DNA of 21,403 bases from Candidatus Bathyarchaeia archaeon. GTDB taxonomy: Archaea; Thermoproteota; Bathyarchaeia; Bathyarchaeales; Bathycorpusculaceae. The stretch is taken from positions 1 to 21,403 of the forward strand of contig JAVZLK010000027.1 of the NCBI GenBank assembly GCA_038883795.1, given 5' to 3'. Of this stretch, positions 8,760-16,154 are shown in pieces; within the stretch, counting starts at the first letter, position 1; each line of letters starts with the position of its first letter. The notes below the pieces were generated by a model that did not search any database, was not told where the DNA came from, and saw nothing but the letters and a program-made list of their open reading frames with translations. The translations under genes and the position numbers were made by a program.

Positions 8760-10481
8760 TCACGCAACAAACTCTAAAAGTGATTTTTCTGTCGGGATAG
8801 CTTGCTTGATAATGCTACATAAATCGCCATAACCTTTACTCTTAACTGTTATGAATCGTTCATCCCATAGGTTTCGAAGAGTTTCTCTGTATTTTTCTCC
8901 TGCTATAACTAGGATTGTTTCATACTTACCCAAGATGGGTTTCAATTTTTCCTCAACAATTGGGCGAATTCTTTCTATATCTTCTGAAGTCTGTAATACT
9001 TTCTCGTATCCCTCGATAATTTCATCTGGAAAAACAAGTCCGTATTTTGCAGAAATTATTACGTAGTCAAAGCCCATGCTTTCAGCATACTCCCTGACAG
9101 TTTTGAATAACCTACCTTGGTACATTTTCTTGGCAGGAACTTTTACTGAACTATTGTAGCCGAGTTTTTCTTTTGAGCATTCTGTTATGATTAGGACTTT
9201 TTCCCCCTTTTTAAGGGATGAAAGTTGAAACTCTGTATCTTTGTTGGTTTGATTGATGAAAATCTGCCATTTTTGTGGATCCTTTAGTACTTGATAGAAT
9301 ACGTAAGTGTTGTGGAAACCGCGGCGTCTGTTGCGGTTGTTTCCGCGGAATATTACTACTTCTATGCCGATTTTGCTGCATATTGGGCAACTGCATCTTT
9401 TCCAAGGTTTGTCTTCTAATGTCTTTCTGTAATATGATACTAGTTCAGTTTTTTCGCCTGCAGTTTTATAAAACTGTAAGATGGTGGATAATGCCTGATT
9501 GATTTCGGTTTCGCCTTTATCGTAGAGCCTTAGTTTATTCAAGCATTGCTGCTCTAAATTTTTCAAAAAACTTTCATTTTGTTCTGGTACTAGACTTTCT
9601 ATTACTTTCTCGCGTTTTTTACCTACAAATGGAATGCGAATGGCTGTGTAACCTTTCCCGTCAATTGATAAATAGTTGAGTTGTGATGTTGGAGCAGATA
9701 GCCATGCTTTACGAAGATATGATGCGGAATCAAAACCTACCATAATGCCTAGATCTTCTAATTCTTTAAATTTGGGGAACAGGGCGAATCTGGCTAGACC
9801 GAAAAAGTGAATGTATTCAGGGGATTTCCGATACTCTTTAATTTTCCTCTTTAACTCTTCGATTAAATTAATTATGAAGGACGTGGGTGACCGTGCCAGA
9901 CCGCCGAAACCGATGTGTGAAGCGCCTAAGTCCACATATTTCCTATAAAAGTTTAGATAATCTGAAACATTCCAGCCCTGAACAGCCATGATGAGTTGGA
10001 AGTCATTTTTATATCTTCTTTTCCACTCCTCAAATGACTTAAGAGCGTTTTCGAAGGTGATTTTCATCCTGTAGTCTTTTTGGCGTTCGTGTTTTGGAAC
10101 TACGAGGTGATCTACCGTAACGCCGTAATTAAATCCAAGTTCGTGATAATATTCCAGGGTTTCGATAGGGTCATACCGCGGACTTTCCTCGTCGACGTAT
10201 CCGAAAGCCCCGCAGTCGCCCATTATCTCAAAATTTTTGGGGAGACGTAAGACTTTATGGATGCCTTCCTGCTTGGCAAGCTGATACTTCTTTTTATCTT
10301 GCTCCAATGTTATTCTGGAAACCAAAACTCCATCTATGGGAACTTTATCCACTCCAAAAATATCCCAGATGTAGGCATCATTGTTGAAGGAGTCCAGTTT
10401 GTGCTCTGGGGAATGAGCATCGTTGATAAAGTCATAGCCTGGATCTACACGGTCATTCCATTCAGGTATGAAGTACTTCAC
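8760..10481 (-). CDS. dpdA: DNA 7-deazaguanine transglycosylase DpdA with C-terminal DUF6884/YaaA-like domain
   Basis: DpdA hallmarks: DRVDPGYDF, DGVLVSR, GDCGAFGY, TVDHL, VQGW, GGLA, HFFG, FDSASYLRKAW, YTAIRIP, PWKRCSCPIC and IFRGNNRNRRRGFHN. An extra domain of about 150 aa has IITECSKEK..AKKMYQGRLF..IISAKYGLV..IEGYEK. Confidence 0.92.
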   Translation of the reverse strand: MKYFIPEWNDRVDPGYDFINDAHSPEHKLDSFNNDAYIWDIFGVDKVPIDGVLVSRITLEQDKKKYQLAKQEGIHKVLRLPKNFEIMGDCGAFGYVDEESPRYDPIETLEYYHELGFNYGVTVDHLVVPKHERQKDYRMKITFENALKSFEEWKRRYKNDFQLIMAVQGWNVSDYLNFYRKYVDLGASHIGFGGLARSPTSFIINLIEELKRKIKEYRKSPEYIHFFGLARFALFPKFKELEDLGIMVGFDSASYLRKAWLSAPTSQLNYLSIDGKGYTAIRIPFVGKKREKVIESLVPEQNESFLKNLEQQCLNKLRLYDKGETEINQALSTILQFYKTAGEKTELVSYYRKTLEDKPWKRCSCPICSKIGIEVVIFRGNNRNRRRGFHNTYVFYQVLKDPQKWQIFINQTNKDTEFQLSSLKKGEKVLIITECSKEKLGYNSSVKVPAKKMYQGRLFKTVREYAESMGFDYVIISAKYGLVFPDEIIEGYEKVLQTSEDIERIRPIVEEKLKPILGKYETILVIAGEKYRETLRNLWDERFITVKSKGYGDLCSIIKQAIPTEKSLLEFVA

Positions 10482-10567
10482 TGGAAACCCTGTTTGCGCA
10501 AGTTTTTATTCATTAGTTAGTTATATGGAACGCACTTTTAACGTTTTGACCTGCATGGAAAAGAGGT

Positions 10568-10708
10568 TTAAGTTGTTTTTTCTTTAAAGTAATCAGAAAT
10601 AATAAATCTGATTAGTTCTTGAATCGTTCCTAGTTTCCTTTTTTGGCGTTCTTTTTCGAGGGCTGCGTACATATCGTCCGGCATTGACATAGTGAATTTT
10701 TTAGCCAT
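10568..10708 (-). CDS. Small ribbon-helix-helix (CopG-like) DNA-binding protein, 46 aa, absent from the ORF track
   Basis: Manual translation: MAKKFTMSMPDDMYAALEKERQKRKLGTIQELIRFIISDYFKEKTT-stop. RHH strand-helix-helix pattern; AGGTG Shine-Dalgarno-like sequence just upstream. Confidence 0.85.
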   Translation of the reverse strand: MAKKFTMSMPDDMYAALEKERQKRKLGTIQELIRFIISDYFKEKTT

Positions 10709-10718
10709 CTAAATACAC

Positions 10719-10778
10719 CTTTGGAATTTTATGGATGGAAAAATATTTATACATGATTACTTCTTTAGAATTCCAAAG
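10719..10778. promoter_or_regulatory. Divergent promoter region with an inverted repeat flanking a TATA-like element
   Basis: CTTTGGAATT (10719-10728) and AATTCCAAAG (10769-10778) are perfect reverse complements (12/13 when extended inward) and bracket GGAAAAATATTTATAC (BRE/TATA-like). Confidence 0.55.
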
Positions 10779-10801
10779 AGGTATAAAGAAGGAAGGATGT
10801 T

Positions 10802-11968
10802 ATGTTGGAAGAAAAATTGTTAGATTTTAAAAAAGTTTCCAAAAGCTATAAGGCATACGGCCTTAAACGAAACCCATTCCCGTACGTAGGAGTACCTGAA
10901 GACGCAGTATCGCTTTACGCTGATCGCAAAAAAGAACTGAAGATAATAGAGGAAATCATAAAATCATCGCTGCAAAATGTTTCTTGCCACGCAGCACTTA
11001 TAGGAAGCTATGGCAACGGCAAAACCCACACTTTAAAGTATCTAAAGAGACAAATAGAGAATCAGCTGGAAGATGTCGTTGTCATTTACATATCGAACCC
11101 AGGCGACCGAATACTGTCGCTTTACTCCAACTTCATGTATGAATTCGGCTTTCACCGCCTAGAGGAGTTGGTATGGAAATTTCTAGAATTTGCTACAGGC
11201 GAAAAAAGTCTAAGAAAGAAAGTTAATGAAGGGGAGGTTTTACTGCCAGAAATCCTTGAAATCGGCAAAAGAAGGCTTCTAAACGAAATAAAATATACTG
11301 ATTTTGCAATGGCTTTCCTAAAACTCACCATGGAAGAATGCAAGTTTCTCGCCTGGAAATATCTTTGCGGTGAGCCCATAATTTCAGACTACAGAAGAGA
11401 ACTCGACGTGGTGTCAGCAATAGACAATGACGAAAAAGCCTTACGAGCCTTTATGAGTCTAAAGAGCATTCTTACATTATTAGGTAACAAACTCTTATGC
11501 CTATTAATCGACGAATTTGAGGCCATTGAATATCTTCATCCAATTCTTAAACAGAAAATTCTAAACGGAATAAGACATCTAATAGACTTAAACCCGCAAG
11601 GATTCTGCCTAATTATAGGATGCGCCCCAGAAGTCTGGGTGGACGTTGTCAAGGAATACCACGCCTTCTCTGATAGAATCTTTAGACAAGTAACCTTGAA
11701 AGCCTTAAGCGAAAGGGACATGCGAGATTTTATCGCTGCCTATTTAAGGTCGTCGAGACTGGATGACGCTGATCCGCCAAGCGAAATTTTCCCATTTACT
11801 GATGATGCAATAACGGAGATTCATAAAGTTGCTGAAGGCAATATTCGACGGATGCTTATGGTGTGCAATCAAGCCATAGATGCTGGGGTAGAACATAATG
11901 CACCGGTAATTACCTCCCAAAAACTAAGGGAACTGCTTCCAGATCTATTCGAAACGGTTGAAGCATAA
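10802..11968 (+). CDS. AAA+ ATPase, BrxD/DUF2791/DpdH-like (paralog 2)
   Basis: YGLKRNPF, Walker A GSYGNGKTHTL, KYLCGE, Walker B LLIDEFE, SDRI, FPFTDDAI, GNIRR. Stop overlaps the next start (TAATG). Confidence 0.85.
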   Translation: MLEEKLLDFKKVSKSYKAYGLKRNPFPYVGVPEDAVSLYADRKKELKIIEEIIKSSLQNVSCHAALIGSYGNGKTHTLKYLKRQIENQLEDVVVIYISNPGDRILSLYSNFMYEFGFHRLEELVWKFLEFATGEKSLRKKVNEGEVLLPEILEIGKRRLLNEIKYTDFAMAFLKLTMEECKFLAWKYLCGEPIISDYRRELDVVSAIDNDEKALRAFMSLKSILTLLGNKLLCLLIDEFEAIEYLHPILKQKILNGIRHLIDLNPQGFCLIIGCAPEVWVDVVKEYHAFSDRIFRQVTLKALSERDMRDFIAAYLRSSRLDDADPPSEIFPFTDDAITEIHKVAEGNIRRMLMVCNQAIDAGVEHNAPVITSQKLRELLPDLFETVEA

Positions 11969-13038
11969 TGACGCATGCTTTTGAAGTAGAGCACGAAAAC
12001 GGACTTGCGCGAGTTGGACGGTTGAAAACAAAACATGGCATGCTATCAACACCAGTTCTTTTTCCAGTCCACAATTTAGGCGCAGAAGGCGGGTGGAACA
12101 CCCCAAGATACTGGGAAAAATTTCCCCACATCAACACAGCTATGTTCAACGCCTCACTCTTAGCCCTAAACCGGGGAGGACATTTAGGGACAATTCTACA
12201 AATAGGCGTCCACCGCTTCATAAGATTTTTTGGTGTAGCATTTGTTGACAGCGGCGGTTTCTTATACAAAAAACATAGGCTCGCATTCAAACCTGAAAAG
12301 ATCCTGGAAATCCAAGAAAAAATGGGGGCAGACATCGCCTCAACCCTTGACTATCCAATAAACTGCAAAATTTTATCCGAAAACAGCAATATTCTTCGAA
12401 CAGTTAACAACGCGAAACTAGCCTCTTCTTTGAAGAAAAACCCGGAAATGCTGCTTTTTGCAAGTATAAACGGCTATGACCCTGTTGTTGTCAGAAATAT
12501 AATAAAACATCTTAAAAAACATGGAAAATTTGATGGCTTTGCCATTGGAAGTTTGATGCCAAAATACGGCAGCTACAGTTTCCTTGTTGACACCATACTT
12601 GCTGCGAGATTAGAGGCGGGTAATACTCCAATCCACGTGTACGGGCTAGGAAGCCCGCTCATATCTCATCTTTTAATTTATCTGGGCGTGGACTCCTTTG
12701 ATTCCTCATACTTTATTGTAGCTTCAGGGAAAAGAAATTACGCCATCCCAGGTTTAGGCCGAATAGAATTCAAAGATCTATACAAATACTCCTCGTACAT
12801 AAAATGCGAGTGCCCAATATGCAAAACAATGCCCCTTTCAGAAATAAGGAGAAGTCGAAATCTTATAACATTGCATAATCTATGGGCATTGTGGAATGAA
12901 ATAGATAAAGTTAAAATCGCCATAAAGGAGAACAGAGTTGAAGAATATATCACCGAACGCCTTTCAAAGGCTAAGTGGGCGAAAGCAGCTTTTGAATACG
13001 CAAAACGCAGAGTTCGCTTCCGCTTTCCGGGTGGTTAA
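11968..13038 (+). CDS. Guanine transglycosylase (TGT family), catalytic domain only, archaeosine-TGT-like
   Basis: ARVGRLKTKHG..TPVLFPV, VDSGGF, TLDYP, FAIGSLMP, HVYGLG, GVDSFDSS and Zn site CECPIC...HNL. At 356 aa it lacks the C-terminal C2/PUA tRNA-binding domains. Confidence 0.9.
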   Translation: MTHAFEVEHENGLARVGRLKTKHGMLSTPVLFPVHNLGAEGGWNTPRYWEKFPHINTAMFNASLLALNRGGHLGTILQIGVHRFIRFFGVAFVDSGGFLYKKHRLAFKPEKILEIQEKMGADIASTLDYPINCKILSENSNILRTVNNAKLASSLKKNPEMLLFASINGYDPVVVRNIIKHLKKHGKFDGFAIGSLMPKYGSYSFLVDTILAARLEAGNTPIHVYGLGSPLISHLLIYLGVDSFDSSYFIVASGKRNYAIPGLGRIEFKDLYKYSSYIKCECPICKTMPLSEIRRSRNLITLHNLWALWNEIDKVKIAIKENRVEEYITERLSKAKWAKAAFEYAKRRVRFRFPGG

Positions 13039-13040
13039 TT

Positions 13041-13898
13041 ATGGTTGAAAGAAAAACCATGAGGCCAATAACCCTCAGGAGAGTCATTGAAATATGCAGT
13101 TTATCAACAAAGGATAAAGGGTTAACCGTGGAGACAGTGTCAAAGAGGCTAAATTCAAGCAGGTCAAGGGCTAAAGAGATGCTCCTCGAAGTTGAAAAAA
13201 TGGGCTTACTAGATCATTCCGGAAACTATTGGACAGCAAGCGAGAGAACCAGCAAATTTATAGAATATTTTGAAAAAGAGGAATGGAACAAGATTCACCA
13301 ATACTTTCTAGAAAACTACAAATTTTATAAAGAGTTCATCCAAATACTGCAAGGCCACATTAACGACCCGCAAGGTCTAAGCTTAGACGATATTGTTAAA
13401 GAATCCGTAGACCGTGGGTTACATTTAAACAAGACAGCGGTTGAAGTTTTAGTAGATTGGTGTGAACGACTAGGAGTAATTCAAAGGAATCTTTACACAG
13501 CCAAGGCTTACTTATTAAGAGATAAAATTGAAAACTTTGAATGTTTTCTCAAAATTTTGGTAAAAGTTTACCGCAAACTCGCATTTCCACTTTGGCGCAA
13601 AGAAGTTTATGTCGAAATACCACTAATTAGGGAAAACGTATGTGAAGAACTTAAAATCTCTCGAAAAACCTTTGATGATTTGCTAAAGGAGGCCTATTTA
13701 AAGAATGTTGGAAAAATCGAATTTAGCGGTGCACCTATAACTACTTTTGCCAAAAAAAGCCCGCTTAGCGAGAAAAAAATAACCCCTGTTGGGAAAGAGG
13801 CAATAATGTCGGCAAGATCCACATTAAAAAGGGAAAGAGAAGGCTTAACAATTAATAAAAAATCTTACTACTATCTTGCTATCCATGAAGCAGTCTAA
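13041..13898 (+). CDS. Tandem winged-helix DNA-binding protein
   Basis: Three wHTH-like units: LTVETVSKRLNSSRSRAKEMLLEVEKMGLL; LSLDDIV..LNKTAVEVLVDWCERLGVI; VEIPLIRENVCEELKISRKTFDDLL. Starts 2 bp after the TGT stop. Confidence 0.7.
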   Translation: MVERKTMRPITLRRVIEICSLSTKDKGLTVETVSKRLNSSRSRAKEMLLEVEKMGLLDHSGNYWTASERTSKFIEYFEKEEWNKIHQYFLENYKFYKEFIQILQGHINDPQGLSLDDIVKESVDRGLHLNKTAVEVLVDWCERLGVIQRNLYTAKAYLLRDKIENFECFLKILVKVYRKLAFPLWRKEVYVEIPLIRENVCEELKISRKTFDDLLKEAYLKNVGKIEFSGAPITTFAKKSPLSEKKITPVGKEAIMSARSTLKREREGLTINKKSYYYLAIHEAV

Positions 13899-13925
13899 GC
13901 TATTATTTACAACTAATAGCACGAC

Positions 13926-14597
13926 TCATTCTGTGAAATACTTTGGAAGCACTTTTAGTAAAGAAATGGTCATTGCCGCAGCTCCGACTGTTCCGACAAG
14001 CCTTTCATAAATCATTAGTGGGAGCACTCCGACAAAAACTTGCCATGGAAGGCCGAGTAGATGCACTGCGAATATCATCATCATCCCCTGCTCAGTCATT
14101 GTCGAGATATAAGTGTACAATGGTATCTTTAGATGTGGCGGCGTCATTCTCTTTAATGCGCTTACCACGGCAAAAGCTATAGCTACTGAGTGGGGTACGA
14201 TAAAGTAGGGGAATGGGTAATTTTTGATTAAATAGGATGTGATGGCCCCCACCAGAAAAATTGAAGTCGCCAATGCACCCGGCCTTGCCTTATGATATGT
14301 AAGGCTTCCAAGGGTTGCCCCCACAACTGGCAGCAAAATTGTGTAAGGGCCGAACATCGCCTGAGAGGGTGATACGTAGAGGGCTATGACTCCTCCAAAA
14401 AGTGAAGCGAAAAAGGCTTCTAATGGAGGCAGTAGAACTGCTATAACTGGAGTTATTATGAGGTTTAAAGCGAGAAAACTTGGTGCTCCTATGAACATGC
14501 TTATGGGAACGAGACTTGTAATCACATAGAGCGCAGCAAAAACTCCAATCCGCGATGCTTTAAGAGCATTATCAGATGACGATGTCCCTTGCTTCAT
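13926..14597 (-). CDS. ECF transporter S-component-like membrane protein (substrate unknown)
   Basis: 223 aa with about 6-7 hydrophobic segments. N-terminal IGVFAALYVI and PVIAVLLPPLEAFFASLFGG match the S-component helix-1 and xxLxGPxxG-type patterns. Confidence 0.7.
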   Translation of the reverse strand: MKQGTSSSDNALKASRIGVFAALYVITSLVPISMFIGAPSFLALNLIITPVIAVLLPPLEAFFASLFGGVIALYVSPSQAMFGPYTILLPVVGATLGSLTYHKARPGALATSIFLVGAITSYLIKNYPFPYFIVPHSVAIAFAVVSALKRMTPPHLKIPLYTYISTMTEQGMMMIFAVHLLGLPWQVFVGVLPLMIYERLVGTVGAAAMTISLLKVLPKYFTE

Positions 14598-14917
14598 TTT
14601 TTCACCTTTCCTGCCAGCAAGTCCTCATAAACACGTCTCATATGAAAAACAGCTGTAACAGTCTCTTCAGGCAATCCACAGCCACAAGCACCACACTTGG
14701 GGCATATCATCCAGCTGCATTTAACACAAATCTTAGCTTCAGACGAGTCAAAACGCTCTCCACACTTGAAGCAATAAACATGTGGGTTAACCACAAACTG
14801 CAAAAAGTTTTCAATGAGTCTTGAAAGAGGAATATGCTTTTGGTCTGCGACAATTTTAGCTTTACTTAACACTGTTCCATCCAAAGTTATTGTGAGCTTC
14901 ACTCTAGACGTATTCAT
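14594..14917 (-). CDS. RHH (DUF6364-like) regulator with Cys-rich Zn-binding C-terminus
   Basis: VKLTITLDGTVLSKAKIVADQKHIPLSRLIENFL followed by CFKC, CVKC and CPKCGACGC. 4-bp ATGA overlap with the S-component gene. Confidence 0.75.
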   Translation of the reverse strand: MNTSRVKLTITLDGTVLSKAKIVADQKHIPLSRLIENFLQFVVNPHVYCFKCGERFDSSEAKICVKCSWMICPKCGACGCGLPEETVTAVFHMRRVYEDLLAGKVKK

Positions 14918-14974
14918 ACGTATTCACACTTATTAGCACGACTTAATATGTATATAAAACTTTTTAACACGAAT
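14909..14974 (-). promoter_or_regulatory. Promoter/operator of the RHH-ZnF + S-component operon
   Basis: Minus-strand AAAAAGTTTTATATA (BRE/TATA) is flanked by related boxes TTAGCACGACTT and TTAACACGAATT; a tandem CGTATTCA repeat overlaps the start codon. Confidence 0.5.
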
Positions 14975-15007
14975 TGTTAAAAGTCAAATATTTAGCTAAT
15001 CTAAAAT

Positions 15008-15058
15008 CTAACTGTGGACTTTTTCTGTTATTAGGCTTATGCTTTTTGCGTATTCCAT
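15008..15058 (-). repeat. Copy 1 of the RHH-gene 3' end (17 codons)
   Basis: Minus strand reads MEYAKSISLITEKVHS-TAG, the same peptide as the end of 18549..18713. Confidence 0.9.
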
Positions 15059-15245
15059 TTCTTTCTTGTTATTAAATATGGAGAGGCTTAAGTTGATGAA
15101 GAGGTTATATAGCGAATTTGCCTTAAAAATGTAAATTTTGTCTTTTTTGTGTTTTTCGTGCTGTTACGTTGAAAAATGTGATAGAGGCGAATAAAATCGA
15201 ATAGGGTAACGCTTTTTAGTTCTTGATCATTTATAATTTTAGGCT

Positions 15246-15653
15246 ATGAATGACCAGGAGTGGCATTTTCACAAGGCAAAACAACTCTTGTTTTATTTTG
15301 GGATTTTCATAGATTTCATTTGGGCCTCAGTTTTGGTAATGGTGTTTGCTTTGCATTTCTTAGGCTATAATGTGCCGGAAACGCTAACATCGCTGGATTT
15401 TATGAATTCGGCTGTTGGATACTCTTTTTTAATTCTCTCCATAGCTTATCCAGTTAGGAGAGGCGCAAAGCTTTGGAAGCTAAGTTTAGCCATTAACCTA
15501 ACAATTGGACTTCTTGTGCTCATAGGGGGCGTATACAGCGTCATTTTAATGGAGGCAAACATTTTTACATATCTATGCCTTATCATAGGAGCGTTTACCA
15601 TCATGTTTAATATGAAAAATGCGTCGCATTCAAATGAAAAGTTAACTGTGTAG
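15246..15653 (+). CDS. Small integral membrane protein (about 4 TM)
   Basis: 135 aa with four hydrophobic stretches; TTTATA box shortly upstream (leaderless-type). Confidence 0.7.
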   Translation: MNDQEWHFHKAKQLLFYFGIFIDFIWASVLVMVFALHFLGYNVPETLTSLDFMNSAVGYSFLILSIAYPVRRGAKLWKLSLAINLTIGLLVLIGGVYSVILMEANIFTYLCLIIGAFTIMFNMKNASHSNEKLTV

Positions 15654-15708
15654 ACGTTGACTATAGTTTAGGGCTTACAGTCAATTACGAATCAACTCAA
15701 AACCGTCT

Positions 15709-15780
15709 TCAACTATGGACTTTTTCCGTTATTAGTGATATACTTTTTGTGTATTCCGTTAAGGCTTGGCGTAGAACCTC
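15709..15780 (-). repeat. Copy 2 of the RHH-gene 3' end (24 codons)
   Basis: Minus strand reads EVLRQALTEYTKSISLITEKVHS-TGA. Similarity ends abruptly at 15780 and an in-frame stop lies upstream. Confidence 0.9.
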
Positions 15781-15913
15781 CCTTCCAACATTGTTTCTGT
15801 TTATCGTTTGTAGAATAAGCTGCGATTAGATGCTTGCAAAATTGGATTAGGCTGGCGAAGGTAGATTGCGGCTTTGGTGCGTTAATCTTAAATTTGTTAC
15901 GCCTTAAACTTTA

Positions 15914-16150
15914 ATGTGGGCTTTGTTGACCGAAAAGCATGAAGAGGAAAGGCTTCCAGTTTCTGAGAAAGTGAAAGTTTTGCGTTTCCAAACACTTTTT
16001 AAGGGTGGGCGTTGGTGGGCTGCCGCAGGCCTATTCGAGGCTTTTGGAAGTGGAGACTCATGGAAAAGACGGCAAAAGTTTGTTTTCAGGTCGAAGGACG
16101 AATGGGAGAAGGCCAAAAAAGCCATAGAAAGCCTAGCGGCGGAGCTTTAA
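15914..16150 (+). CDS. Small Trp-rich hypothetical protein (possible PC4-like ssDNA-binding fold)
   Basis: 78 aa ending 4 bp before the helicase start. Aromatic beta-strands then a C-terminal helix (KFVFRSKDEWEKAKKAIE). The fold is a guess. Confidence 0.55.
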   Translation: MWALLTEKHEEERLPVSEKVKVLRFQTLFKGGRWWAAAGLFEAFGSGDSWKRRQKFVFRSKDEWEKAKKAIESLAAEL

Positions 16151-16154
16151 GGGC

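Noticed and set aside
11968-13038. Calling this the housekeeping tgtA or bacterial tgt
   Set aside because: It lacks the C-terminal tRNA-binding domains, has an altered QG motif and sits in an ATPase/wHTH operon, so no gene symbol was assigned.
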